Shown piece after piece: positions 19,781-28,666 of a stretch of 47,389 nt of DNA (positions are counted from its first letter, which is position 1; the number at the start of each line of letters is the position of its first letter). Location: the NCBI GenBank assembly GCA_003507445.1, contig DNVR01000010.1, positions 1 through 47,389 of the forward strand, written 5' to 3'. The notes beneath the pieces are model-generated. The model was not told where the DNA came from. It did no database searches and worked only from the letters and a program-made list of their open reading frames with translations. Source of the stretch: Candidatus Moraniibacteriota bacterium (GTDB lineage: Bacteria; Patescibacteriota; Minisyncoccia; Moranbacterales; GWC2-37-73). The translations under genes were made by a program, and so were the position numbers.

Positions 19781-20034
19781 TGGAATGCTCCCTTGAGATT
19801 CCAGTTATCTTGCTCCTAGCAGATAACAAAGAAGTACGGATTTTCTCCTTAGAGATCCGAATATTACTCTGGGCCACCCTTGTGGGCAGATAATATTGTG
19901 TAGCAGACCTGCTGTAAATCTTACAAGCAGTGACCCAAATTTGAAAACAACCCTTTCACTCTGATGGCAGAGAAAAGGTGAACGTATAAAGCAATGTCGG
20001 CCACTATTCCAATCTTGGAGTATGTGGTCTTTTT
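19781..20034 (+). ncRNA. Candidate structured ncRNA: array of seven hairpins, several with CCUU/CCU loops, ending in a terminator
   Basis: Hairpins at 19781-19803, 19804-19827, 19837-19859, 19860-19897, 19909-19930, 19952-19978, 19999-20029 + T-tract; G-U pairs favour the + strand. Confidence 0.55.
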
Positions 20035-20053
20035 GTTTGTCAAAATTAACTCT

Positions 20054-20129
20054 TGTCATGCTGAACTTGTTTCAGCATCTCACTAGGCTTAGCGGCTTTT
20101 CTAGATCCTGAAACAAGTTCAGGATGACA
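20054..20129. repeat. Palindromic element, family B (TGTCAT...ATGACA)
   Basis: TGTCATGCTGAACTTGTTTCAGCATCT ... AGATCCTGAAACAAGTTCAGGATGACA. Confidence 0.85.
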
Positions 20130-20170
20130 CAATGTGGTTTATTGGTGCAGTTTTTGTTGATTTTATGGCC

Positions 20171-20199
20171 TTGACAAATTATGCAATATTTGATAAACT
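20171..20199 (+). promoter_or_regulatory. Sigma70-type promoter
   Basis: TTGACA-17nt-TAAACT with TGn extension. Confidence 0.65.
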
Positions 20200-20234
20200 A
20201 ACAAGTCAACTATTTTGATATTTTGAATTTAAAT

Positions 20235-20894
20235 ATGATTGCAAAAGAAAAAAATATTGGACCAAAACATAATATCTCCGAGTTGGGATTGCGTAGCAAG
20301 AGATATTTGTTGTTTGTTGGAAGCTTGACCAAGCGCGAAGGTGCTCATTATTTGATTGAGGCTTTCAAGCAGTTGGAAGACACAGCAAAGACACCCAACA
20401 ATTTCAAATTGGCAATTGCAGCAAATGGGGATGAAGTTGATGATGAGGATTATGTGAAATATTTGAAAACGATTAGCGAAAGAAGGGACAACATAATCTT
20501 TTTCTGTGCTCGAAAGAAAAGCACGATCAAACAATTGTTTTCATCAGCATATCTTTATGTGCAGCCCGCTGAAATAGTTTTGTCGCAAGATACTTTGATG
20601 GAAGCAATGGGATATGGACTTGCTTCACTGGTAAGTGACGCAAAGGAGAACGTTAAGGTTGTCGGTAGTAACGGTTTTTTCTTTAAAGCAAAATCAGTTT
20701 TGAATCTTCGTGACCGCTTGGCATATTTGCTCAGTCGCAGCGAAGAAGTTTCTGCGATGAGTGAGCGATCAAAAAAACGTGCACAAAAATATTTGGAGAA
20801 AAAAGCAGTATTAAACAGTAAGGCAGTTGTTGAAAAGGAAATAATTTTAGAAAAAAATATATGGAAATGGAAAAACTTATTGAAAAAAAATTAG
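20235..20894 (+). CDS. Glycosyltransferase family 4, C-terminal domain only
   Basis: YLLFVGSL..REG..YLIEAF and LMEAMGYG motifs; no N-terminal acceptor domain. Confidence 0.78.
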   Translation: MIAKEKNIGPKHNISELGLRSKRYLLFVGSLTKREGAHYLIEAFKQLEDTAKTPNNFKLAIAANGDEVDDEDYVKYLKTISERRDNIIFFCARKKSTIKQLFSSAYLYVQPAEIVLSQDTLMEAMGYGLASLVSDAKENVKVVGSNGFFFKAKSVLNLRDRLAYLLSRSEEVSAMSERSKKRAQKYLEKKAVLNSKAVVEKEIILEKNIWKWKNLLKKN

Positions 20895-21928
20895 CCAATC
20901 GCGTAGGCTTATCGTCGCGAGTGTTTGTGGTGGGAATAATCCTTTCCGCTGTTTTTTTCTTGCTGCTGATTGATTCGTTTAAAACATATCAAAGTGAAAT
21001 TTCAATTTTGATAAGCGCCAAATCCCAGGTTGCTGCCAAACAGCAAGCTCAGATTGTTAGTAATATTTCAGAGCTTCCAAAAACATTGGCTTTTTATGAT
21101 AGGATGCTCAAAAACAATTCCGATATGCGAGATGTCACTGAGGGACTTTCTCCACAAAAAAGAAAAGACAAATGGAATGAGATGCTAACAGTTGAGCGAG
21201 CTAGTTTTGATGCTTCTGTTGTTAAGATTGCAATCACAACCTCTCATAAAACTGATTCTGAGCAACTTGCAATCAAGACTGCCCGCACACTTTTTGATAC
21301 TTCAGCTTTTTATTATAATATAAAGAAGGATGTTGATTTGAGAATTGTGGATGGTCCAATTACTAGAGTTTATATTTCAAATTGGTTTTGGCTTCTTATC
21401 TTCAGTATTATTGCTGGCTTCTCAATTTCTGGTCTTTTGCAATATTTGGTTTTTGAAAGTAAAAAGTTTTCAATTAAAAAACCTGAGTTTTTGAAAATGG
21501 GTTCATTTTTTGAATTCAAAAAAAATCCAAACATTCCCGTTGAAGAAGAATTGGAAATGCTTAATAATCTTTATAAAAACCAGCAAGCTGAGCAAGCATT
21601 TGATTTTGAACAAGAAAAAAAAGAAGAGTTTGGAAATTTGAAATATGCGAAAAAGTTTCAAGAAATGAAAAAAATAACCAAAAGTCTTGAACCGGACAAA
21701 TATCCTAATTTTCCCGAAATGCCCGTCAGTCACAAAGTTGAATCTAGTGCGCCAGCCAATCTTCCAGTCGCTGACGATTCATTTTTCATTCAAAATGAAG
21801 CGCCAACAGAATCTTCACCATCACAATCAGTAGAAAGTGAGCGGGATTCAATTGCTAGCGAAACAAGAGAACCAACTCCCGAAGAGTTAAAGAAGCGCTT
21901 GAACGAACTCTTGAAAGGGAAAATATAA
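20861..21928 (+). CDS. Wzz/CapA-like chain-length-determinant membrane protein with acidic tail
   Basis: TM - extracellular domain (TYQSEISILI, LRIVDGP) - TM architecture in a glycan locus. Confidence 0.6.
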   Translation: MEMEKLIEKKLANRVGLSSRVFVVGIILSAVFFLLLIDSFKTYQSEISILISAKSQVAAKQQAQIVSNISELPKTLAFYDRMLKNNSDMRDVTEGLSPQKRKDKWNEMLTVERASFDASVVKIAITTSHKTDSEQLAIKTARTLFDTSAFYYNIKKDVDLRIVDGPITRVYISNWFWLLIFSIIAGFSISGLLQYLVFESKKFSIKKPEFLKMGSFFEFKKNPNIPVEEELEMLNNLYKNQQAEQAFDFEQEKKEEFGNLKYAKKFQEMKKITKSLEPDKYPNFPEMPVSHKVESSAPANLPVADDSFFIQNEAPTESSPSQSVESERDSIASETREPTPEELKKRLNELLKGKI

Positions 21929-21929
21929 A

Positions 21930-22005
21930 TCATAGAGCATATAACATGAAACATTGGAATGCGCATGTATTTTTGCTCCATGCTCTATGTTCCATGATTC
22001 ATGAT
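21930..22005. repeat. Inverted heptamer arrays
   Basis: catagag catataa catgaaa cattgga ... tccatgc tctatgt tccatga ttcatga. Confidence 0.65.
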
Positions 22006-23373
22006 ATGAAAAAATACTCCTTAAAATTCTGGGTTATTTTCTGGAGTGTCTCTGGTCTTTTTTTGCTAGGTTGGTATTTTTATTGGAATACTCAAAACAG
22101 GGGGATGGCTTCGAGCGTGGAAAACGTTTTGTCTTTTTTGCCAATAAATAATTCTCAAAAAAAGGAATATCGAGCTCTAACAAAAGTTGGAGATTTTTTG
22201 CTTAAAAGTGATGACAAAGAAAAAAATCTATTGGTACTGTTTCAAAACAATATGGAGATCCGGCCGGGTGGTGGTTTTATCGGCGCATTTGGAATTGTGA
22301 AATTAAAAAATGGAAAAATTATTTCTTTGGAAACTCACGATCTTTCTAATTTTGATGTCAAAATTCCCAACACAATGATTCCGCCATATCCACTTAGGGA
22401 AATGGGTGTGGCTGATTTTTGGAAACTGCGAGACTCCAATTTTTCTCCTGATTTTGCAATAAACGCCAAGAAAACTGAAGAATTTTATCAGCTGGGAGGA
22501 GGAGAGGAAAAGCTTGATGGAGTGATTGGAATTACGGCAAATGTCTTGTCTTCCATTTTGAAAATAACAGGTCCAATATCCGTCGAGGGATATCCTGGGA
22601 CATATAACAGTGACAATGCAATTTTATCATTGGAGTATCAAGTGGAAAAAGCTTTCGAGGAGCAGGGGATTGATCGGGATGAGAGAAAATTGGTAATGTC
22701 TGATTTGGCCAAAGAAATTGAAAAAAGAGTCTTTTCTTTTAATCTTTCGCAAAAAATTGAATTGGCGAAAATTCTTTTGGCTGATTTGAACAAAAAAGAC
22801 ATCCAGCTTAATTTTGAAAATGAAAAATTGCAAAAAGAAATCAAGGCTGCCAATTGGGCTGGCGAAGTTGATCAAAATTGGAGCAAGGATTATTTAATGA
22901 CAGTTGATGCAAACATCGGTGCGTTTAAGAGTGATTATTACGTGAAACGATCAATTGATTATACAGTTGATCTTTCCAAGCAATTGCCTGTTGCAAAATT
23001 AAAAATAACATACGAGCATACTGCCAAGCAGAAAGATTGGATGACCAGAGATTATAGAGATTACTTGCGGGTATATGTTCCAGAAAATTCTGAGCTGATT
23101 GATCAGAAAAATTTTGATGATACAAAATTTGGCAGCGAATTTGGCAAAAAATATTTTGGAGCAATTGTGCGAGTGCCAATTGGAACTTCAAAAACCGTTG
23201 AGATAAATTATGCAATGCCACAAGAAATAAAAAACGATTACAATTTAAAGATTCAAAAACAAGCAGGATTAAATGATGTGCCAATAGTTTTTCATCTTAT
23301 AAAGGAGGATGGAACAACAGAGGAATTTTCAAGAGTTATGAATAGTGACCTAGTTCTTAGTGACTTAAAATAG
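22006..23373 (+). CDS. DUF4012 domain membrane-anchored protein
   Basis: LVLFQNNMEIRPGGGFIG, LRDSNFSPDF, VDANIGAFKSD, YLRVYVP; ATG 22006 preferred because the upstream frame runs through the repeat. Confidence 0.85.
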   Translation: MKKYSLKFWVIFWSVSGLFLLGWYFYWNTQNRGMASSVENVLSFLPINNSQKKEYRALTKVGDFLLKSDDKEKNLLVLFQNNMEIRPGGGFIGAFGIVKLKNGKIISLETHDLSNFDVKIPNTMIPPYPLREMGVADFWKLRDSNFSPDFAINAKKTEEFYQLGGGEEKLDGVIGITANVLSSILKITGPISVEGYPGTYNSDNAILSLEYQVEKAFEEQGIDRDERKLVMSDLAKEIEKRVFSFNLSQKIELAKILLADLNKKDIQLNFENEKLQKEIKAANWAGEVDQNWSKDYLMTVDANIGAFKSDYYVKRSIDYTVDLSKQLPVAKLKITYEHTAKQKDWMTRDYRDYLRVYVPENSELIDQKNFDDTKFGSEFGKKYFGAIVRVPIGTSKTVEINYAMPQEIKNDYNLKIQKQAGLNDVPIVFHLIKEDGTTEEFSRVMNSDLVLSDLK

Positions 23374-23400
23374 TCACAAACAATCAAACAAGGGGGGGTA

Positions 23401-23634
23401 ATGATTATGACGATAACGCAGATAACGTTTGCAAATGAGTCTTTACTCGAAAGAGTTTGCCAAGTTATTTCGGCCGTAGGTGGTTTTACAGTAATGGGCT
23501 TTGTTAAAAGTAACTGTTTGGAGATGAATGAAATTGAAATTTATCACAAAGATGGACTTGGCTCTGCAAAAAAGATAGCTGATATCTGTTTAATATTGGG
23601 CATACATGTCAGCCTTAAGATTTATGAAGAATAG
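23401..23634 (+). CDS. Small hypothetical protein
   Basis: 77-aa ORF, G-rich RBS, followed by a terminator. Confidence 0.6.
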   Translation: MIMTITQITFANESLLERVCQVISAVGGFTVMGFVKSNCLEMNEIEIYHKDGLGSAKKIADICLILGIHVSLKIYEE

Positions 23635-23661
23635 TAAAAATGTTGCAAAATTTAAGCACAC

Positions 23662-23695
23662 AAAGGGGTTGCCAAATGGCTGCCCTTTTTCTTTT
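23662..23695 (+). terminator. Intrinsic terminator
   Basis: AAAGGGGTTGCC-AAAT-GGCTGCCCTTTTT. Confidence 0.7.
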
Positions 23696-23730
23696 CTTTA
23701 AAATATATTATGATTAAGGGGTTGGAGATA

Positions 23731-23850
23731 CCCCAGTTAAATACAAGATTTGAACAGCTAGTATATTTGGCGGGGTAAATAATAATACGTAATTTAATAA
23801 ATAAGCTTTGTATTTTTTTGAAAAGTTCAAATCTTATTTAACGGGGTAAA
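23731..23850. mobile_element. Palindromic element, family A
   Basis: CCCCAGTTAAATACAAGATTTGAAC ... GTTCAAATCTTATTTAACGGGGTAAA; final A is the A of the rfbC ATG. Confidence 0.78.
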
Positions 23851-24395
23851 TGGAAATTGAAAAAACAAAATTTGAAGGGGCATATTTGATAAAGCCAAAG
23901 GTTTTTGATGATGAGAGAGGATTTTTTATGGAATCGTATTCAAAGAAAAGATTGAAGGATCTTGGCATTGAAGCTGATTTTGTGTTGGATTGTCATTCCA
24001 AATCAGTCACTAAGGGAGTTTTGCGTGGCCTTCATTTCCAAAATCCTCCTTACACGCAAGCCAAATTGGTGCGCGTGACAAAAGGTGCTGTGTACGATGT
24101 GATTGTCGATTTGCGCAAGGATTCGCCAACTTTTGGACAATGGGAAGGTTTTGAACTCACTGATAATAATTTTTATCAGCTTTTTGTGCCACGTGGTTTT
24201 GCGCACGGATTTTGCACATTGGTTGATGACACTGAATTTCAATACAAATGCGACAATGAATACACTCCATCTGCTGAAGGTGCAATTATCTGGAATGATC
24301 AGGATTTAAAAATATTTTGGCCGATAGAAAATCCAATCTTGTCAGACAAAGATGCAAAAGCACAGGAGTTTAAAAATTTTGTTTCCCCATTTTAA
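23850..24395 (+). CDS. rfbC: dTDP-4-dehydrorhamnose 3,5-epimerase
   Basis: DERGFFME, GVLRGLHFQ, QAKLVRV..GAVYDV.VD.R..SPTFG, GFAHGF. Confidence 0.96.
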   Translation: MEIEKTKFEGAYLIKPKVFDDERGFFMESYSKKRLKDLGIEADFVLDCHSKSVTKGVLRGLHFQNPPYTQAKLVRVTKGAVYDVIVDLRKDSPTFGQWEGFELTDNNFYQLFVPRGFAHGFCTLVDDTEFQYKCDNEYTPSAEGAIIWNDQDLKIFWPIENPILSDKDAKAQEFKNFVSPF

Positions 24396-24397
24396 AA

Positions 24398-24497
24398 AAC
24401 ATATAACATACAACATATAACATATAACAAAAATGCGTTAGGATTTCTTTGTATTTCAAATGCTACATGTTAAATGCTATATGCTACATGATTCATG
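24398..24497. repeat. Inverted heptamer arrays ending in the rfbB start codon
   Basis: (AACATAY)4 ... atgctac atgttaa atgctat atgctac atgattc ATG. Confidence 0.75.
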
Positions 24498-25499
24498 AAG
24501 CTATTAGTTACAGGTGGTGCTGGTTTTATTGGCAGCAATTTTGTCCATTACATTCTCAAGACGTATCCTGATTATGAGGTTGTTAATTTGGATGCGCTGA
24601 CATATGCTGGCAACTTGGAAAATTTGAAGGAATTGGAAGGCAATCCTCGCCACAAATTTGTGAAGGGGGATATTTGCGATGCTGATTTGGTGGATAAATT
24701 GGCCAAGGAGGTTGATATTATCGTGCATTTTGCTGCAGAATCGCACGTAGACCGCTCTATTTTGGACTCAGCGGCCTTTGTGCGCACAAATGTGATAGGA
24801 ACGCATACCTTACTCGAAGCTGCCAAAAAGGCAGGGAATTTGCGCTTCCATCACGTTTCCACAGATGAGGTTTTTGGGTCCCTGGGGGCTCAAGACGCAC
24901 CTTTTAGTGAAACTACGCCGTATGATCCCAGATCGCCATATTCAGCCTCTAAAGCTGGTTCAGATCACTTGGTGAGGGCATATTATCACACTCATAATCT
25001 TCCAGTCACGATTTCTAATTGCTCCAATAATTACGGCCCGTATCATTTTCCTGAAAAATTGATTCCTCTGGTAATTACAAATTTAATGGAGGGCAAAAAA
25101 ATTCCTGTTTATGGGGATGGCTTGCAGGTTCGCGATTGGCTTCACGTCGAAGATCATTGCAGAGCAATTGATACGATTATTCACAAGGGTAAGATTGGAG
25201 AAACTTATTGTGTTGGCGGTAATGGTGAAAAAACAAATATTGAAATTGTTAAAACTATTTTGGGACTTCTTTGCCGTGATGAAAGCTGGATTGAATATGT
25301 TGAGGACAGGAAAGGACATGACAAACGTTATGCAATAAACTTTGATAAAATTAAAAACGAACTTGGCTGGCAGCCGCAAATAACTTTTGAAGAGGGAATC
25401 GAAAAAACAGTAGCTTGGTTTCAAGCAAACGAATCTTGGTGGAAAAACATCAAAAGCGGAGAGTATGAAAAATATTATCAAAAGCAATACAAGAAATAA
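24495..25499 (+). CDS. rfbB: dTDP-glucose 4,6-dehydratase
   Basis: TGGAGFIGSNF, HFAAESHVDRSI, HVSTDEV, PYSASKA. Confidence 0.97.
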   Translation: MKLLVTGGAGFIGSNFVHYILKTYPDYEVVNLDALTYAGNLENLKELEGNPRHKFVKGDICDADLVDKLAKEVDIIVHFAAESHVDRSILDSAAFVRTNVIGTHTLLEAAKKAGNLRFHHVSTDEVFGSLGAQDAPFSETTPYDPRSPYSASKAGSDHLVRAYYHTHNLPVTISNCSNNYGPYHFPEKLIPLVITNLMEGKKIPVYGDGLQVRDWLHVEDHCRAIDTIIHKGKIGETYCVGGNGEKTNIEIVKTILGLLCRDESWIEYVEDRKGHDKRYAINFDKIKNELGWQPQITFEEGIEKTVAWFQANESWWKNIKSGEYEKYYQKQYKK

Positions 25500-26185
25500 T
25501 GGGGAGCAATCATGAAATTTTGTTAGGACTTACTACCACGCCCAAGTCTGATTGGCTAGGAAAAGTGGAAGAAATGAAAAAATTCGGAATCAAAAAGATC
25601 GCGCTTTTTCCGACATTTCTTAAAATTAATGATCGCAAAGAATTGTATCGATTACTGGAGGATATTGAAGGTTTGGAAATCCCGCACGTGCACTTGAGAC
25701 ATCAGGACATGGAATTCTGGGAAGTCGAGCTGTTTAAAAATAAATACAAAACTCAATATTTCAATATTCATCCAAACATAAAACTTAATGCCCGGCTGGA
25801 ACAATACGCAGGAGAAATTTATGTGGAAAATATGTTTTGTGAATTTGAGGTTGAAAATTTGAAAAGATTTGCAGGAATTTGTTTGGACACTGAACATTTA
25901 AATAGGGTAGAAAAAATTGCACCAAAAACTCATGCGCAAACAATAGAATTATTGAATACACTTAAGATCGGTTGCTGTCATATTTCCCCCAAACGCAAGT
26001 TGAAAAACATTATAAAACGTGTTTTTCTTAATGCGTGGCGACACTATTTTCTTAGCTTGGATGAATTTGACTATATTGGACAATATCGGCAATATTTGCC
26101 ATACTATATCAGCCTGGAATTGGAAAATTCATTTGAAGAGCAGCTTGAGACAAAAAAATATCTGGAAAATATTTTGAGCATATAA
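25499..26185 (+). CDS. Hypothetical protein, possibly a xylose-isomerase-like TIM barrel
   Basis: HVHL, NIHP, YVEN, ICLDTEH, CHIS, SLELE spacing typical of AP-endonuclease-2-like folds; TAATG overlap with rfbB. Confidence 0.6.
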   Translation: MGSNHEILLGLTTTPKSDWLGKVEEMKKFGIKKIALFPTFLKINDRKELYRLLEDIEGLEIPHVHLRHQDMEFWEVELFKNKYKTQYFNIHPNIKLNARLEQYAGEIYVENMFCEFEVENLKRFAGICLDTEHLNRVEKIAPKTHAQTIELLNTLKIGCCHISPKRKLKNIIKRVFLNAWRHYFLSLDEFDYIGQYRQYLPYYISLELENSFEEQLETKKYLENILSI

Positions 26186-26307
26186 TTTTGAAATTTAAAT
26201 AAAATCTTAATTTTTAAACATTTGTAATTGAGACATTGGAAATTTATTGGAAATTGTTAATTGGGAATTGGAAATTTGGATATAATAAATTATAAATAAA
26301 TTTATAC

Positions 26308-27258
26308 ATGAATAACAAAACAATAAAAAATAAAGTGCTAGTAATAGGATCCCGCGGTATGCTTGGACAAGAATTGGTTGAGGTTTTTAAAAAAGATTTG
26401 GATTACAAAGTGACGGCTTGGGATTTTGATCAAATTGATATCACTGATGAAAATCAAGTGAAAGAAAAAATTTCCAAACTTGCGCCAAACATAATTTTGA
26501 ATGCTGCAGCATATAACGCGGTGGATGCTTGTGAAAAAGACAAAACTGAATTTGCCAAAGCAAAAATGCTAAATGGCAAAGCTCCGGGATATCTTGCAAA
26601 AATTGCTAAAAAATTGGATGCGACACTGGTTCAATATTCCACGGACTATGTTTTTTCTGGTTATCCTGATATTCCAGAACCAGCTGGTTGTAGTGGTTCT
26701 TGCGGTTCTTGTTCGCTGCATGAAAATTTTGCTCCGCAAATTGGATTTGATGAAAATGCAATTGCGCAGCCGCTGCAGAATTATGGAAAAAGCAAATTGA
26801 TGGGCGAAGATGCTGTTGAAAAAAATGGCGAGAAATATTATATCATCAGACTTTCAAAACTTTTTGGTAAACCCGCCAAAGCGAAAACTGGCAAGAAAAG
26901 TTTTTTTGATGTGATGTTGGAAGCGGGCAGAAAAAATTCTGAGGTTAAAGTGGTGGACGAAGAAACAAGTCTTTTCACATATGCGCCAGACTTGGCCAAA
27001 AAAACCAAGGAGATTATTGAGGCTGAAAAACCTTTTGGAATTTATCACGTCGCCAACGAGGGTCCTTGCACTTGGTACGAAGCAGTTGTAGAATTATATA
27101 AGATGGCTAAGATCAAGACTAAGGTGGTGCCTGTAAGTTCAGATGAGTTTCCTCGGCCCGCTGCTCGGCCATATGTTTCAACCTTGATTAACACAAAATT
27201 GAATCCACTGCGAAGTTACAAATTAGCACTGCGAGAATATTTAAAAAGTATAAAATAA
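26308..27258 (+). CDS. rfbD: dTDP-4-dehydrorhamnose reductase with a Cys-rich insertion
   Basis: GSRGMLG, NAAAYNAVD, STDYVF, YGKSK, PAARP. Confidence 0.92.
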   Translation: MNNKTIKNKVLVIGSRGMLGQELVEVFKKDLDYKVTAWDFDQIDITDENQVKEKISKLAPNIILNAAAYNAVDACEKDKTEFAKAKMLNGKAPGYLAKIAKKLDATLVQYSTDYVFSGYPDIPEPAGCSGSCGSCSLHENFAPQIGFDENAIAQPLQNYGKSKLMGEDAVEKNGEKYYIIRLSKLFGKPAKAKTGKKSFFDVMLEAGRKNSEVKVVDEETSLFTYAPDLAKKTKEIIEAEKPFGIYHVANEGPCTWYEAVVELYKMAKIKTKVVPVSSDEFPRPAARPYVSTLINTKLNPLRSYKLALREYLKSIK

Positions 27259-27268
27259 TTTTAAAAAA

Positions 27269-28516
27269 ATGGCTTTTGAAATAATAAAAAAACAGGATAA
27301 ACAAGTTTTTGATGCTATCAGTGGCGAAATGAAGCGCCAACAAGAGGGAATGGAATTGATTGCGTCTGAAAATTATGTTTCCAAGGCTGTGCTTGAAGCA
27401 TTGGGATCTGTTTTCACGAACAAATATTCCGAAGGATATCCAGGAAAGCGATATTATGGTGGACAGCAATACACTGATGTTATTGAATCTTTGGCAATTG
27501 AGCGTGCAAAAAAACTTTTTGGCGCTGAGCACGTCAATGTGCAACCTCATTCAGGAGCGCCTGCCAATATGATTGCATATAACGCAATTTTAAAACCAGG
27601 AGACACTGTGCTCGGAATGGATCTCTCTCACGGCGGACATTTGACACACGGACACCCACTAACACTGTCTGCACAAATCTATAATTTTATTGGATATAAA
27701 ACAGGTAAGGATGGGCTTATTGATTATAAGGAATTAGAAAAGATGGCCATTAAGCATAAGCCAAAATTAATTCTAGCTGGATTTTCTGCATACACAAGGC
27801 AAGTCGATTACAAAAAATTTGCGGCAATTGCAAAAAAGGTTGGTGCAATTTCAATGTTTGACATTGCGCACATCGCCGGACTTATTGCAGGAAAAGCAAT
27901 CGAAAATCCTGTGCCATTTTTTGACATTGTGACCACCACCACACACAAAACACTTCGTGGACCGCGCGGAGGAATGATTATGTGCAAAGCCGAGTTTGCC
28001 AAAGCGATTGATAAATCAGCTTTCCCAGGCTTTCAAGGTGGACCACATATGAATAATATTGCAGCCAAAGCTATTGCTTTTGGAGAAGCGCTTAAACCTG
28101 CGTTTAAAGTGTATGCAAAACAAGTAATCAAGAATGCCAAGATTTTAGAAAAAGAATTAACAAAGCGTGGATATAAAATTATGTTTGGCGGTACAGATTA
28201 TCATATGGTGCTTATTGATGTGATGGGCAGCAAAGAAGTTACAGGAAAAGAAGCAGAGCGCGCACTTGATGAGGCCGGAATTACGGTCAACAAAAATATG
28301 ATTCCGGATGACCCAAGAAGCCCAATGGATCCAAGCGGAATTCGAGTTGGCGTGCAAGCAATAACCTCTCGCGGGATGAAAGAAAAAGAGATTAAAATGA
28401 TTGTCGAGTGGATTGATGCGATCATTACAGCGCATAATGATAAAAAAACTCTCGCGGAAATAAAAAAAGATGTGACAAAATTTTGTAAACGTTTTCCAAT
28501 ATATCCAAAAGTTTAG
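27269..28516 (+). CDS. glyA: Serine hydroxymethyltransferase
   Basis: LIASENY, NKYSEGYPGKRYYGG, TTTTHKTLRGPRGG. Confidence 0.98.
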   Translation: MAFEIIKKQDKQVFDAISGEMKRQQEGMELIASENYVSKAVLEALGSVFTNKYSEGYPGKRYYGGQQYTDVIESLAIERAKKLFGAEHVNVQPHSGAPANMIAYNAILKPGDTVLGMDLSHGGHLTHGHPLTLSAQIYNFIGYKTGKDGLIDYKELEKMAIKHKPKLILAGFSAYTRQVDYKKFAAIAKKVGAISMFDIAHIAGLIAGKAIENPVPFFDIVTTTTHKTLRGPRGGMIMCKAEFAKAIDKSAFPGFQGGPHMNNIAAKAIAFGEALKPAFKVYAKQVIKNAKILEKELTKRGYKIMFGGTDYHMVLIDVMGSKEVTGKEAERALDEAGITVNKNMIPDDPRSPMDPSGIRVGVQAITSRGMKEKEIKMIVEWIDAIITAHNDKKTLAEIKKDVTKFCKRFPIYPKV

Positions 28517-28534
28517 TAATAAAAAAATTAAAGG

Positions 28535-28621
28535 TGTCATCCTGAACTTGTTTCAGGATCTCTCGAAGCAGAAAGGTTGGTGCGTTAAAATTCGGGATTC
28601 CGGATCAAGTCCGGAATGACA
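28535..28621. repeat. Palindromic element, family B
   Basis: TGTCATCCTGAACTTGTTTCAGGATCT ... GGATTCCGGATCAAGTCCGGAATGACA. Confidence 0.85.
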
Positions 28622-28666
28622 GATAAATTTATGATGGATCAACAATGTAAACCAAAAAAGCGAAAA

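Noticed and set aside
19781..20034. CRISPR array
   Set aside because: No repeated 23-47-bp sequence; only loop motifs recur; no cas operon in the window
19805..20059. 84-aa minus-strand ORF
   Set aside because: Its start codon comes from the family B repeat; composition is not protein-like
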